Source: a bacterium (GTDB taxonomy: Bacteria; UBP7; UBA6624). From it: a DNA stretch of 32,000 nt. The translations under genes and the position numbers were made by a program. The notes beneath the pieces were generated by a model, which had not been told where the DNA came from, searched no databases, and saw only the letters and a list, made by a program, of their open reading frames with translations. Positions within the stretch are counted from its first letter, which is position 1; each line of letters begins with the position of its first letter. This document shows positions 1 through 9,038 of this stretch, piece by piece. The stretch covers positions 180,001-212,000 of the forward strand of contig PBAU01000003.1 in NCBI GenBank assembly GCA_002716355.1, given 5' to 3'.

Positions 1-102
1 TTCAATGTAAGTTAAATCCCCTAAAGCATTCTGCGCATGGTCAGTTATTCCTATCTTGCTAGTATCCTCATCGAACCATTCATGTGTTTTTGAATAAAGC
101 AT
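1..102 (-). CDS. gcvH: Glycine cleavage system H protein, N-terminal 34 codons only (gene continues past the left edge)
   Basis: Hand translation of the minus strand from ATG at 100-102 gives [34 protein letters not shown]. This matches the conserved GcvH N-terminus (HEW...GITD.AQ..LGD). It starts 4 nt after the gcvT stop, the usual gcvT-gcvH order. Confidence 0.8.
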   Translation of the reverse strand, partial: MLYSKTHEWFDEDTSKIGITDHAQNALGDLTYIE

Positions 103-106
103 AAAT

Positions 107-1168
107 TTATCTCCTATAAAAAGGTTTTTTGCACAATGTAGCAATCTTAAACCTTTTTCCTTTTTTAATTAAGACTTCTTTGTTGTTTTCATCAAAATCC
201 TCCAACAAAGCCAATGCGATTGGTTTTTTTAAAGTTGGAGAATAAAGTCCACTTGTAACCTTCCCAACTAAAAGATTATCGAAATAAACACTAGAGCCTT
301 CCCTCACTGGAACCTCAGGAAGTAAAGCAAATATTTTTCTTTTCTTTTTTTTATCAATATAAGAAAGTAATTCTTTTCTACCTGAAAAATCCCCTTTTTC
401 AAACTTTACAGCCCAGTTGAGATTAGCTTCAATTGGATTTATGCTTAAGCTTATCTCGTGACCATGAAGAGGGTAACAAACCTCAAGCCTCAAAGCATCC
501 CTTGCCCCCAAGCCAATAGGAGCAGCGCCGATATTTAAGAATTTTCTATAAATAGATTCTGCCTCCATTGGCCTAACAAAAATTTCAAATCCATCCTCTC
601 CTGTGTAACCTGTTCTAGCAATCTCTACTTTAATATCGTCAATCTCACCTTTTTTAATTTTGAATTTACCTAAAGATTCAACATCGAAACCAACCTCTTT
701 TAAGTAAAAACTGCTTTTGGGACCTTGCAATGCGATCAGGCTCCATTCATCAGTTTCATCCCTAAAAGAAACACCCTCAATCAACCTTGAAGATATCCAT
801 TTTTTTCCTGCTTCTGTATTTGAAGCATTAACTACCAGTCTCCAATCCTCTAAACTAAGCCTGTAGACGATAAGATCGTCTATAACCCCTCCCTTTTCAT
901 TCAACATAAGGTTGTACTGGGCCTGATTAATTTCAATTTTTCTAATATCATTTGTAAGCAATGACTGCAAAAAATCAAGTGACTTTTTTCCAGATATTAA
1001 AAATTCACCCATATGACTAACATCAAAAACGCCAGCATCCTCTCTGACTGATTTAACTTCGCTCTTGATACCTTCTTCAAACCATAAAGGCATTTCCCAA
1101 TCACCAAAGGGTCCAAATCTTGCTTTTGATTCGCAATGAACATTAAACAAAGGAGTTCTTTTTAACAT
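107..1168 (-). CDS. gcvT: Aminomethyltransferase (glycine cleavage system T protein)
   Basis: 353 aa ORF. The N-terminus MLKRTPLF..H...[16 protein letters not shown] and DVSHMGEF are typical GcvT signatures. gcvH follows immediately. Confidence 0.93.
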   Translation of the reverse strand: MLKRTPLFNVHCESKARFGPFGDWEMPLWFEEGIKSEVKSVREDAGVFDVSHMGEFLISGKKSLDFLQSLLTNDIRKIEINQAQYNLMLNEKGGVIDDLIVYRLSLEDWRLVVNASNTEAGKKWISSRLIEGVSFRDETDEWSLIALQGPKSSFYLKEVGFDVESLGKFKIKKGEIDDIKVEIARTGYTGEDGFEIFVRPMEAESIYRKFLNIGAAPIGLGARDALRLEVCYPLHGHEISLSINPIEANLNWAVKFEKGDFSGRKELLSYIDKKKKRKIFALLPEVPVREGSSVYFDNLLVGKVTSGLYSPTLKKPIALALLEDFDENNKEVLIKKGKRFKIATLCKKPFYRR

Positions 1169-1203
1169 GTTCTAATTCTAGACTTAGACTCTAGGATAAA
1201 GGC

Positions 1204-1926
1204 ATGAAAAAAGTTAAATGCTTGCTATTGCATGGTTCTGGAATGAGCGACAAAACTTGGTCGGCTTTAATGAGTCATTTTCCCAAAAATTGGGTAATTT
1301 TCAACCCAACCCTACCCGGCCATGGCTCTCAAGACCTGCAAGTAAAAAATCTAAAAGAGCTCAGCTTTTGGCTCAAGCAACAAATCAAGAAGAAAAAACC
1401 TGACATAGTAGCAGGCTGGTCAATGGGTTCCTTTTTACTTCAAAACACAATCAACAAATACGGAAAAATGAATATAAAAGTTGCATCCTTTATAAATGGA
1501 TCTCCAGCAGAAAAAAAATCAAAAACCTCAAAGGAGGCTCTTCAGCAAAAGCTTGACAACTATTTTTCTGATCCAATAAGGCACATCAAACCAACCTTAA
1601 ACGAAATGAAAGAACATTGGTCTCAGGATGACATAAAATCAATAATAAAATCTTGTAAAAACTCAGACAAAACCCTTTTAGAGAACCTAAGATGGGATAT
1701 GTTTGAAACAGATTTTGGGAAAATGATAAAAAACTTCCCAACACCTATACTTTTAATGCATGGAATTTATGACAAGATAAACCCTTTAAGCCAAGCTAAA
1801 TGGGTAAACAAGACTGCGAGAAAAAGCTTGCTTTTCGAATTTGAATCCAGGCATGCCCCTTTTACAAAAAACCCTCAATTGTTTGTTGAGAAAATGATTG
1901 AAGGTTACGAAAAGCTATCCTGCTGA
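1204..1926 (+). CDS. Alpha/beta-fold hydrolase, BioH-like carboxylesterase architecture
   Basis: 240 aa. It has LLLHGSG (oxyanion region), LPGHGSQ, the nucleophile elbow GWSMGS (GxSxG), HGIYDKINP (Asp) and SRHAPF (His). Order and spacing resemble BioH-type esterases, but a specific BioH assignment is not established. Confidence 0.8.
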   Translation: MKKVKCLLLHGSGMSDKTWSALMSHFPKNWVIFNPTLPGHGSQDLQVKNLKELSFWLKQQIKKKKPDIVAGWSMGSFLLQNTINKYGKMNIKVASFINGSPAEKKSKTSKEALQQKLDNYFSDPIRHIKPTLNEMKEHWSQDDIKSIIKSCKNSDKTLLENLRWDMFETDFGKMIKNFPTPILLMHGIYDKINPLSQAKWVNKTARKSLLFEFESRHAPFTKNPQLFVEKMIEGYEKLSC

Positions 1927-2763
1927 ATCAACCTTTCTTGACTTCTCTAAAAAAAACACCTCAATGATCCAAGCAGAAAGGTCAATTTCTCCCTTCTTTT
2001 TAGATGTTCTATGATTTCCTGGATCCCAATGATGGTTGTTGTGAAGCCCAAAAGAAAAAAAGGTCAAAAAATGAACAAGCCAATTATTCTTTGACTGGCA
2101 CTGTTTTCCGGTTTTGTAATTTTCATACCCATACATATGACAAATAACATTCACAAAAGCCATCTGACAATCAACTATTGCTGATGGAATCAACATTCCA
2201 AAAAGCAGCCACTCAAAACCAAGAAAATACCACAATGAAAAAACATACAAAGAAACAAGTAAAAAATAATAAGCATGTGTGAACTGATAAATCTTGTCTG
2301 AAATTAGACCTTTAAAATATTTTTTATTTTCAAGTGGCACAAACTCATATGCTGGATGCAGGTAAAACCAAACCTTCCACCATGGTATTGAATGAGGAGA
2401 ATGCGGGTCATCTTCACTGTCACATTCGGCATGATGTTTTCTATGTACAACCGCCCAATGCAAAGGGCTTCCACTCATACATGGAATAGACCAAAATAGC
2501 AAAAATATCCTTTTTATTTTTGATGTTTTGAAAGACCTGTGAGCGTCATACCTATGCAATCCAATATCTGTACCCAAGACAATCATAAAAAAACAAATAA
2601 TCAAAGAAAGAGTCCACATAGTGGTTACATTACTAGAATTTTTAATAGAGTAAAAAATTCCAAACAGAACAAACAAAGGTTTGATGATGATCAAAAACCT
2701 CATGATTGGAGAATATAAATTTTCTAAATAAGGATTATAGAAAAATCGTTTTTTTTGATTCAT
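1915..2763 (-). CDS. Membrane fatty-acid desaturase, Delta9 (stearoyl-CoA/acyl-lipid) type
   Basis: 282 aa with hydrophobic segments and three histidine boxes: HRYDAH, HRKHH followed by DSEDDPHSP, and HNNHH. This is the pattern of Delta9-type membrane desaturases. The ATG overlaps the upstream stop (ATGA). Confidence 0.85.
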   Translation of the reverse strand: MNQKKRFFYNPYLENLYSPIMRFLIIIKPLFVLFGIFYSIKNSSNVTTMWTLSLIICFFMIVLGTDIGLHRYDAHRSFKTSKIKRIFLLFWSIPCMSGSPLHWAVVHRKHHAECDSEDDPHSPHSIPWWKVWFYLHPAYEFVPLENKKYFKGLISDKIYQFTHAYYFLLVSLYVFSLWYFLGFEWLLFGMLIPSAIVDCQMAFVNVICHMYGYENYKTGKQCQSKNNWLVHFLTFFSFGLHNNHHWDPGNHRTSKKKGEIDLSAWIIEVFFLEKSRKVDSAG

Positions 2764-4130
2764 TTTTTGATAGAGAGCTTCAATCCACTCTTATGAGATA
2801 CATTTTTAAAAATCTTCAAAAAGAATTTACTAAATTCCTTAATAGCTTTTTTTTCAAAAGCAATAAAGGTTCGTATATACATATCTCTAATCTTTGGATA
2901 ACGATTACCCCATTTCAAAAACATATCAACAAATTTTGGATTGTAATAAAGCTGAGCCCATCCCTGAATGTGAAAAAGAACATCCTGGAATTCTTCTTTA
3001 TATTTTGCATGATACTCTTTTTCAAGAAAGCCTTCAGACAGATTGTCTTCTTCCATTCCCTTCATCACTGCATCAGCAAGAATCATTCCTGAGCCATGAA
3101 CAACATGCAAGCCAGCAGAAAACACAGGATCAACAAAGCCTAAAGTGTCCCCTATTAAAACCCAGCCATCACCTACAGCTTTGGATGATTTTGCATGAAA
3201 ATTTGTCAAAAGAGCAGAATCTTTTGAGGATTGGTTGATTTTTGTTTTAACTGCATCAAAGCCAGTAATCCTTGTTGCATTCTCTATTCTTTTTTTTATA
3301 AAAGGGTGATTCCAAACCCATTTTTCATAAAATGCCTCAGGGTCTTTTGAATATTCATCCCAATGTACATGCTTGTTGGCAACAACACCTATAGAAGATT
3401 TTGGATCCTTAAGCGGTGCCCACCAGTACCAAAGGTCATTTTCGGTAAACAGCAACCTAACATCTCCAGCATTTTTACCTTGATCTTTTTTACAGTCTTC
3501 CCAATGTGCAAAACAAGCAAACGAATGCAATTCTTCAATCTCCATCCTGATGCCTAACTTTCTAGGTATGAAATTAGTTCTCCCACTGGCATCAACAACA
3601 AGCTTTGACCTCACTTCAAAAGTTTTTCCATGACGTTCAAAAGAAACTCCATTCATTCTCCCATTTTCGTCATAAAAAAGCTCTTCAACTCTTGCTTCCT
3701 CAAGAGCTGTAACGCCATTGTTTCGTGCATGGTTTAATAAAAATTCATCATAAACAGAACGGTCTAATTGGTAAACATGGGCATGGCATCTTGAATCTTC
3801 AGGATGAACATCTTGGTCAAAATTAAACTGAGTACCATTTGGAGTTATCCAGCCAGCACCCCATTTTTGGATAAACAAAGGGTCCATCATTTCTTTCGTA
3901 ACACCTAATCGATGCCAGATTCTCCAAATAGCCGTTGGGGCGATTATCTCACCAACACAAAATCTTGGAAATTTAGATCCCTCTAAAACTATAACTTTAT
4001 AGCCTTCCTTTGCTACAAGTGTTGCAAAAACAGCACCAGCTGGGCCGCCTCCTATGACTATAAAATCATAAAATTCATCAGGAATAAAATGTTTTTCTCT
4101 GTTCACGAATACATATTCTAAGGCAACCAA
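2760..4130 (-). CDS. FAD-dependent oxidoreductase, flavin-dependent halogenase-like
   Basis: 456 aa. Motifs: N-terminal dinucleotide fold VIGGGPAGA; KFPRFCVGE; FIQKWGAGW (candidate catalytic Lys region); WYWWAP (variant of halogenase WxWxIP); GDTLGFVDPVFSAGLHV (GD..gF.DP.FS.G). The longest-ORF start is TTG at 4130; an alternative GTG lies at 4106. Confidence 0.7.
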   Translation of the reverse strand: MVALEYVFVNREKHFIPDEFYDFIVIGGGPAGAVFATLVAKEGYKVIVLEGSKFPRFCVGEIIAPTAIWRIWHRLGVTKEMMDPLFIQKWGAGWITPNGTQFNFDQDVHPEDSRCHAHVYQLDRSVYDEFLLNHARNNGVTALEEARVEELFYDENGRMNGVSFERHGKTFEVRSKLVVDASGRTNFIPRKLGIRMEIEELHSFACFAHWEDCKKDQGKNAGDVRLLFTENDLWYWWAPLKDPKSSIGVVANKHVHWDEYSKDPEAFYEKWVWNHPFIKKRIENATRITGFDAVKTKINQSSKDSALLTNFHAKSSKAVGDGWVLIGDTLGFVDPVFSAGLHVVHGSGMILADAVMKGMEEDNLSEGFLEKEYHAKYKEEFQDVLFHIQGWAQLYYNPKFVDMFLKWGNRYPKIRDMYIRTFIAFEKKAIKEFSKFFLKIFKNVSHKSGLKLSIKK

Positions 4131-5053
4131 TTGTTATGATGGCTTTTTAATCCAGAACCCAACGCAGGAAAATTTGATTCAAAAAATTCACCTAAATAAT
4201 TACCGCTAACATAGCCATCAAAAGATTCTGGATTTGAAAAAACCTGATCACTCACTTCAGGGCTAGGAAAAACAATATCCCTTTTTGAGCCATGTTTCGC
4301 CTGTCCTTCTATTATTATTTTTTTATTTTGATCCCTTACAAAGAAATCAAAAGAATCACCCTTGTTTTCAAAATAAATATCATGTCCAAGAAAAGTAGCA
4401 TAAACATTGGTTTTTTCTTTGTTCGCCCATCTAAAAATACCTTCATCACCCTTGGCTGTAGGCATTAAACCTATCTCAAAAGCGGAATTAGTAAATTGCG
4501 GGATAATATTTGCATGCAGCCAATTCCAAGAATCAGGAAAATCCGGTCCATGATTTTTTGCCTGATAAACAATCGCATCCTTTAAATCAAACTTCTCTCC
4601 CGAAAAAACTATAGAACCGTTCGCAAAACCTTTCATGGTTGGAACCCTATGTATAAAAGGTAAAGACCTCAAATGCAACTTTTCCCTAACATTAAAAGCT
4701 CTAAGGTCAGAGCCTTTTTCTGTTCCATCAGAACACACTGAGTCAATTGAAAAATTCCAACTCTTGTCTTTTTCAGATATAGAAATCAAATCTGAAGAAA
4801 AAAGATTATCCTGCCATTCAATATTAGCATTATCCTGGCTCATCTTTAAATCATCAAATATCTCAAAACATTCAACATCTGAAAAAGAAGAACAAAAATA
4901 GAAAAATTTTCTTAAACCAATATCTGTAGAAATCACATAAGGCATAACAAAAAACCATTTTTTCTCCGCAGGGATGACAACCCTGCAGTTCCAGAAATCA
5001 AACCAATTGCCTTTTCCTGGGTATCTATAAGAATTCCTGTAATCAAAATTCAT
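4118..5053 (-). CDS. Tocopherol-cyclase-family (Tocopherol_cycl-like) protein, function unknown
   Basis: 311 aa. AIVYQAKNHGPDFPDSWNWLHANII parallels the tocopherol cyclase core motif Y.EKNWG..FP..W.W.QaN. N-terminal GNWFDFWNCRVVIPAEKKWFFVMPYVIS parallels FFEGWY.R...P....FAFMYSI. The assignment rests on my recollection of the family consensus, not on a search. Confidence 0.55.
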   Translation of the reverse strand: MNFDYRNSYRYPGKGNWFDFWNCRVVIPAEKKWFFVMPYVISTDIGLRKFFYFCSSFSDVECFEIFDDLKMSQDNANIEWQDNLFSSDLISISEKDKSWNFSIDSVCSDGTEKGSDLRAFNVREKLHLRSLPFIHRVPTMKGFANGSIVFSGEKFDLKDAIVYQAKNHGPDFPDSWNWLHANIIPQFTNSAFEIGLMPTAKGDEGIFRWANKEKTNVYATFLGHDIYFENKGDSFDFFVRDQNKKIIIEGQAKHGSKRDIVFPSPEVSDQVFSNPESFDGYVSGNYLGEFFESNFPALGSGLKSHHNNWLP

Positions 5054-6221
5054 TCAAAGCCTCTGTAGCCATCATGACATGCAATGCCACGCCAAGATGC
5101 AGAGCATCTTCATCAGCTTTAAAATTTGGATTATGGACGCTTACAGTTGTTCCTTTTTCTTCATTCCCAATCCCAAGTGCAATAAAGCAACCTGGACAAA
5201 CTTCTGTATAATAGGCAAAATCTTCACCGCCCATTACAGGGTCCATCTCTACAATGTTTTTTCCAAAAATATTTTTAGAGTAACTTTTAATATCCTTCCA
5301 GCAATCTGGATCATTAACAGTTGGAGGGTATACCTTACCTGGAAAAAGAACTCTTGCGCTACACCCATTTGATATTGATACACCTTCAACCACTTCTTTG
5401 AGCCTTTTTTGAACTCTCATCTGTCCATCCATTGTGAGAGACCTTATGGTGCCTCCAAAACGTATAGATTCAGGAATAACGTTATGTGCATCGCCTCCAT
5501 TAACATAGGTTACACTCAGAACAGCTGGCTCCAAAGGATCTGTTTCCCTACTTATTATGCTCTGTAAAGAAGAAATTATTTGAGATGTTGTTGTGATTGG
5601 ATCTATTGAAAAATGTGGCATTGCTGCATGCCCACCTTTGCCTCTTATTTCAACCTCAAAAAAACCTGCAGATGCAAGAAATGTTCCTGACCTTGAACCT
5701 ATAGACCCTGTTGGCAAGGTCGGCCAAACATGCAATCCAAAAACCTTGCTTACTTTTGGATTGTCTAAAGCTCCCTCTTCTCTCATTTTCAACCCACCCG
5801 CTCCACCTTCTTCTGCTGGCTGAAATAAAAACTTAATTGTTCCTTTTATCTTCTCTTCATGTTTTTTAAAAATCTTAACCGCACCTAAAAGCATTGCAAC
5901 ATGACAATCATGGCCACAAGCATGCATCTTCCCATCAATAGTGCTTTTAAAATCAAGATCGTTCTCTTCCTGTATTGGCAATGCATCCATGTCTGCTCTT
6001 AAAGCAACACATGGCTCTTCACCTGTCCCAATTTGAGCTAAAACACCGGTCTCTGCAATTGGATGCTCGTATTCAACATTAAGCTCATCTAATTTTTCCC
6101 TTATAAGCTGACTGGTTTTAAACTCCTCATACATTGTTTCTGGATACTTATGAATCTCTCGCCTAATGGAAACAACCCACTCCTCTATATTTTTAGCTTC
6201 TGATAAAAAATCTATCTTCAT
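5043..6221 (-). CDS. M20D-family amidohydrolase (aminoacylase / hippurate hydrolase / ILR1-like)
   Basis: 392 aa. IRREIHKYPE, ALRADMDALP, HACGHDCHVAMLLG, FQPAEEGGAGG and GGEDFAYY are hallmark M20D metal-binding and dimerisation-domain motifs. Confidence 0.87.
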   Translation of the reverse strand: MKIDFLSEAKNIEEWVVSIRREIHKYPETMYEEFKTSQLIREKLDELNVEYEHPIAETGVLAQIGTGEEPCVALRADMDALPIQEENDLDFKSTIDGKMHACGHDCHVAMLLGAVKIFKKHEEKIKGTIKFLFQPAEEGGAGGLKMREEGALDNPKVSKVFGLHVWPTLPTGSIGSRSGTFLASAGFFEVEIRGKGGHAAMPHFSIDPITTTSQIISSLQSIISRETDPLEPAVLSVTYVNGGDAHNVIPESIRFGGTIRSLTMDGQMRVQKRLKEVVEGVSISNGCSARVLFPGKVYPPTVNDPDCWKDIKSYSKNIFGKNIVEMDPVMGGEDFAYYTEVCPGCFIALGIGNEEKGTTVSVHNPNFKADEDALHLGVALHVMMATEALNEF

Positions 6222-7027
6222 TAATCTTTCTCCTTAAAGGCACCTTTATTTTTGTAAACTGGTATATTTTTCATTTTATGTGAATTTTTAAAATTGAAAT
6301 CAAGATACTTTTCAATAAGCTTAATCTCTTTTGCAGCAAGGGAACTCTTGTTGCTTTCGTACTTCTTTAAACCTGTCTTCATCACCCATTCAAGATCTTT
6401 ATAAGATGCTCCTATCTGATCTTCATCAGTTCTTGAATCATCCCATAAGCCATCAGTTGGAGGTGCATCAATTATGGATTGATTGATGCCAAAAAACTTA
6501 GCAAGATCCCATACTTCAGATTTGTAAAGATCTGCAATGGGAGCAATATCAACTCCACCATCTCCATATTTTGTATAAAAGCCAATACCGTAATCTTCAA
6601 TTTTATTACCTGTTCCAACCACAATACCACTTTTAATTGCAGCAATATGATACAAACATGTCATTCTCAGCCTGGATCTTGTATTGGCTTCAGCATGCAG
6701 GTTTGAAAATTTTCCTATTGGATCAGGGCTCAAAGAGGCAATAAAAGATTCGAATGGAGCAGTTAGATCAAGCTCCATCACTTGAACATTTGGATATTTT
6801 TCAGAAAGCCATTCAAGATGAATTTTTGCCAATGATAGTTGTTTCTGATTTTGCCTAATCGGAATCGACAATGCATAAGTTGAAATACCTGTTGCTGCAG
6901 CTAGGGTTGAAGCGACAGCTGAATCAACACCTCCAGAAACCCCGACAACTAAAGATTGAATTTCATTATCAGAACAATAATCCTTAATCCAGCAAGCAAT
7001 ATCCAATGACAACTTTTGATAATTCAT
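6221..7027 (-). CDS. nadE: NH3-dependent NAD+ synthetase
   Basis: PP-loop motif VGVSGGVDSAV and the overall NadE layout (about 268 aa). The track ORF begins at a TTG at 7033. The ATG at 7025-7027 (MNYQKL...) is the more likely start. The stop shares 1 nt with the next ATG. Confidence 0.9.
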   Translation of the reverse strand: MNYQKLSLDIACWIKDYCSDNEIQSLVVGVSGGVDSAVASTLAAATGISTYALSIPIRQNQKQLSLAKIHLEWLSEKYPNVQVMELDLTAPFESFIASLSPDPIGKFSNLHAEANTRSRLRMTCLYHIAAIKSGIVVGTGNKIEDYGIGFYTKYGDGGVDIAPIADLYKSEVWDLAKFFGINQSIIDAPPTDGLWDDSRTDEDQIGASYKDLEWVMKTGLKKYESNKSSLAAKEIKLIEKYLDFNFKNSHKMKNIPVYKNKGAFKEKD

Positions 7028-7050
7028 AAACAATAAATATGATTCTAAAT

Positions 7051-8058
7051 CTATCTTTGTCCTAAGATTTTACTCTTAAACCTCCAGGAGAAACTATTTA
7101 AAATCAATCTAGATTTTTTTAATCTTAAATATAGCTCCCTGGCTTTAGAAACTGATGGTTTGCCAGTAACAATATTACCCTTCAAGCCTTGGTGTTTCAT
7201 TTTTTTCAAAAGAGAATTCGAAATCAATCCTCTTTTATTGACTTCAGAAAGTTTTAATTTTTCAATAATTGAAGCTAAATGTTCTGGATCTTCATGGTCT
7301 ACAAACCACCCACCGCCATTCTCAACAATAAAATCTCCTAAATGCTCTCCTTGCGTAACGATGACAGGTTTGCTGCAAATCATTGCGTCCAGTAAACGTG
7401 TCCTATATGCAATAGGGGCCTCGATGCTTTCCTTACTGTGCAGAGACACCCAAGCAAGTGCATTATTCACATAATCCAGATACTCTTTCTTGGCTGTAAA
7501 CCTGTTTATCTCTACTTTCTCAGAACTCAAACCCTTCATGGCGGCATTTCTAAAAAATGCACCATTGTATCTGTCTGAAAAAATAACACCCTTGTATTTT
7601 GTATCAGCAATACTCACAGCCTCAACAAACGTTTTAGGATCAAGCCAATCCCAGCCGCCACCACCCCAAATCAAATAAAGATTATTTTTTGGAGAAAAAG
7701 AGAAATTTGCTGGAACTGGAGGTATTACAGAAAAATCTTTTTTTGAAAATTCATCAACAATATCTGGGTACATGTTTTTTCTTAATTCAAATTGCATATC
7801 ATGTGCAAAAATAAAATGAGAACCAAGAAGAAGTGCGATCTTTTCTAACATTGCACTACTTTCCTGAATATGAATATCATCTGGAAACCTGTAGTAATTC
7901 TCTTGACAAATTGGTGTTAAAAAATCAACAATCCAAGGTTTTCCATCCCATATTTCTTTATTTGACATTAACAATCTTGGGGGGCCTACAACAAAAGAAT
8001 CATCATTTAACAATTCAGATAGCTGCAATTGTCTCCTGTCTTCGGCTTTTAAAACCAT
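7051..8058 (-). CDS. Putative glycosyltransferase (GT-B fold, GT1/GT4-like C-terminal domain)
   Basis: 335 aa. LYLIWGGGGWDWLDPKTF and the C-terminal RTRLLDAMICSKPVIV...GGGWFV resemble the nucleotide-sugar binding half of GT-B enzymes. It overlaps the upstream GT2 gene by 10 nt. Specificity is unknown. Confidence 0.55.
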   Translation of the reverse strand: MVLKAEDRRQLQLSELLNDDSFVVGPPRLLMSNKEIWDGKPWIVDFLTPICQENYYRFPDDIHIQESSAMLEKIALLLGSHFIFAHDMQFELRKNMYPDIVDEFSKKDFSVIPPVPANFSFSPKNNLYLIWGGGGWDWLDPKTFVEAVSIADTKYKGVIFSDRYNGAFFRNAAMKGLSSEKVEINRFTAKKEYLDYVNNALAWVSLHSKESIEAPIAYRTRLLDAMICSKPVIVTQGEHLGDFIVENGGGWFVDHEDPEHLASIIEKLKLSEVNKRGLISNSLLKKMKHQGLKGNIVTGKPSVSKARELYLRLKKSRLILNSFSWRFKSKILGQR

Positions 8059-9038
8059 AATTGATAAACTCGCTCTAATAGCTTTTTTGAAATCATCTTT
8101 GGAAAAGCTGGATTAACTGGATCTTCAAGCAAATGTCTAGTTTTTTTGAATGAATATTCATTCAAATCTGAAAAATTTCTTAATTCTGATATTTTTTCAA
8201 CATAACGAGAAATATTTCTTCTTGAATGCCAACAGCCATTCGCAATCTCACTAAAACCCATTTTTTGAGATTCTGATTCTCGTACTTTTGAAAAGCTCCA
8301 CGCTAAAGATAAATATTCAGAAAGAATGTTAGATGGTATATTTAAAAGTAAAGATAAAAAACTATTCCTCTCCATCATCCTTTCTCTAAAGCCAGATTCC
8401 CTTCCACTCGTATGTTGACCTGCGTGGCATATTGAAATGTCATTATCTCTAACAAAAAAAGTTTTAAAACCAAGCCTATTTGCCCTCCATCCAAATTCTG
8501 TATCTTCAAAATAACAAAAAAAATCAGTGCAAAAGCCACCGGCTTTTTCATAAGATTTTCGATCCATTAAAGAGCATGCTCCACAAGCAAATAAAGTTTC
8601 TGAATTATCTTTTGAAAATAGCTTTTTTCCGCAATTCAAAGAGAGCCCATACCCGAAAACATTCATCCCTCCACCATCAAACTCAACATGAGTTCCTTTT
8701 TTATTTAATATCCTGAAGCCAACAAAAGGTTCAAAGCTTTTGTACCTGTTTAATGAATCAAAAAAACCTTCAGAGACGCTTAAATCATCATTTAACAAAA
8801 GAACATGATCGGAATTACTGTTTCTTATCCCAAAATCACACGCTCCAGCAAAACCTAATCTTTTTTTTGTCTGAATGATGTTTAGCGATGAAGGTACATC
8901 TTTCCATAAAGGGTGGTGCCCATCTTTTATTATAAAAATCTTTTCTTTATCGAAACCCTGACGGACAAGTTGAGAGATCAATAAGTTAAGATTTTCTCCC
9001 CCTAGCATGCTTGGGATTAAAACATCAATCATTTTCAA
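8049..9038 (-). CDS. Family 2 glycosyltransferase (rhamnosyltransferase-like)
   Basis: 329 aa. N-terminal IDVLIPS, the DxD-like LLLNDDLSV, and ACGACSLMDR...FFCYFEDTEFGWRA are typical GT-A/GT2 features. The track start is TTG at 9038; an ATG two codons in at 9032 is an alternative. Confidence 0.78.
   Translation of the reverse strand: MKMIDVLIPSMLGGENLNLLISQLVRQGFDKEKIFIIKDGHHPLWKDVPSSLNIIQTKKRLGFAGACDFGIRNSNSDHVLLLNDDLSVSEGFFDSLNRYKSFEPFVGFRILNKKGTHVEFDGGGMNVFGYGLSLNCGKKLFSKDNSETLFACGACSLMDRKSYEKAGGFCTDFFCYFEDTEFGWRANRLGFKTFFVRDNDISICHAGQHTSGRESGFRERMMERNSFLSLLLNIPSNILSEYLSLAWSFSKVRESESQKMGFSEIANGCWHSRRNISRYVEKISELRNFSDLNEYSFKKTRHLLEDPVNPAFPKMISKKLLERVYQLWF

Noticed and set aside
1169-1203. 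Possible glycine riboswitch or shared operator upstream of gcvT.
   Set aside because: Only 35 nt separate the divergent gcvT and hydrolase start codons, far too short for a glycine riboswitch aptamer. The near-palindrome CTAGAC..TCTAG is imperfect.
1218-1403. 61 aa alternative-frame ORF at the 5' end of the alpha/beta hydrolase gene.
   Set aside because: It overlaps the frame that encodes the HG oxyanion region and the GxSxG nucleophile elbow, and it has no independent support.
2706-3238. Two overlapping plus-strand ORFs (128 and 114 aa) opposite the halogenase-like gene and the desaturase 5' end.
   Set aside because: The minus-strand genes carry clear enzyme motifs across this region. The plus-strand products are low-complexity and have no family resemblance.
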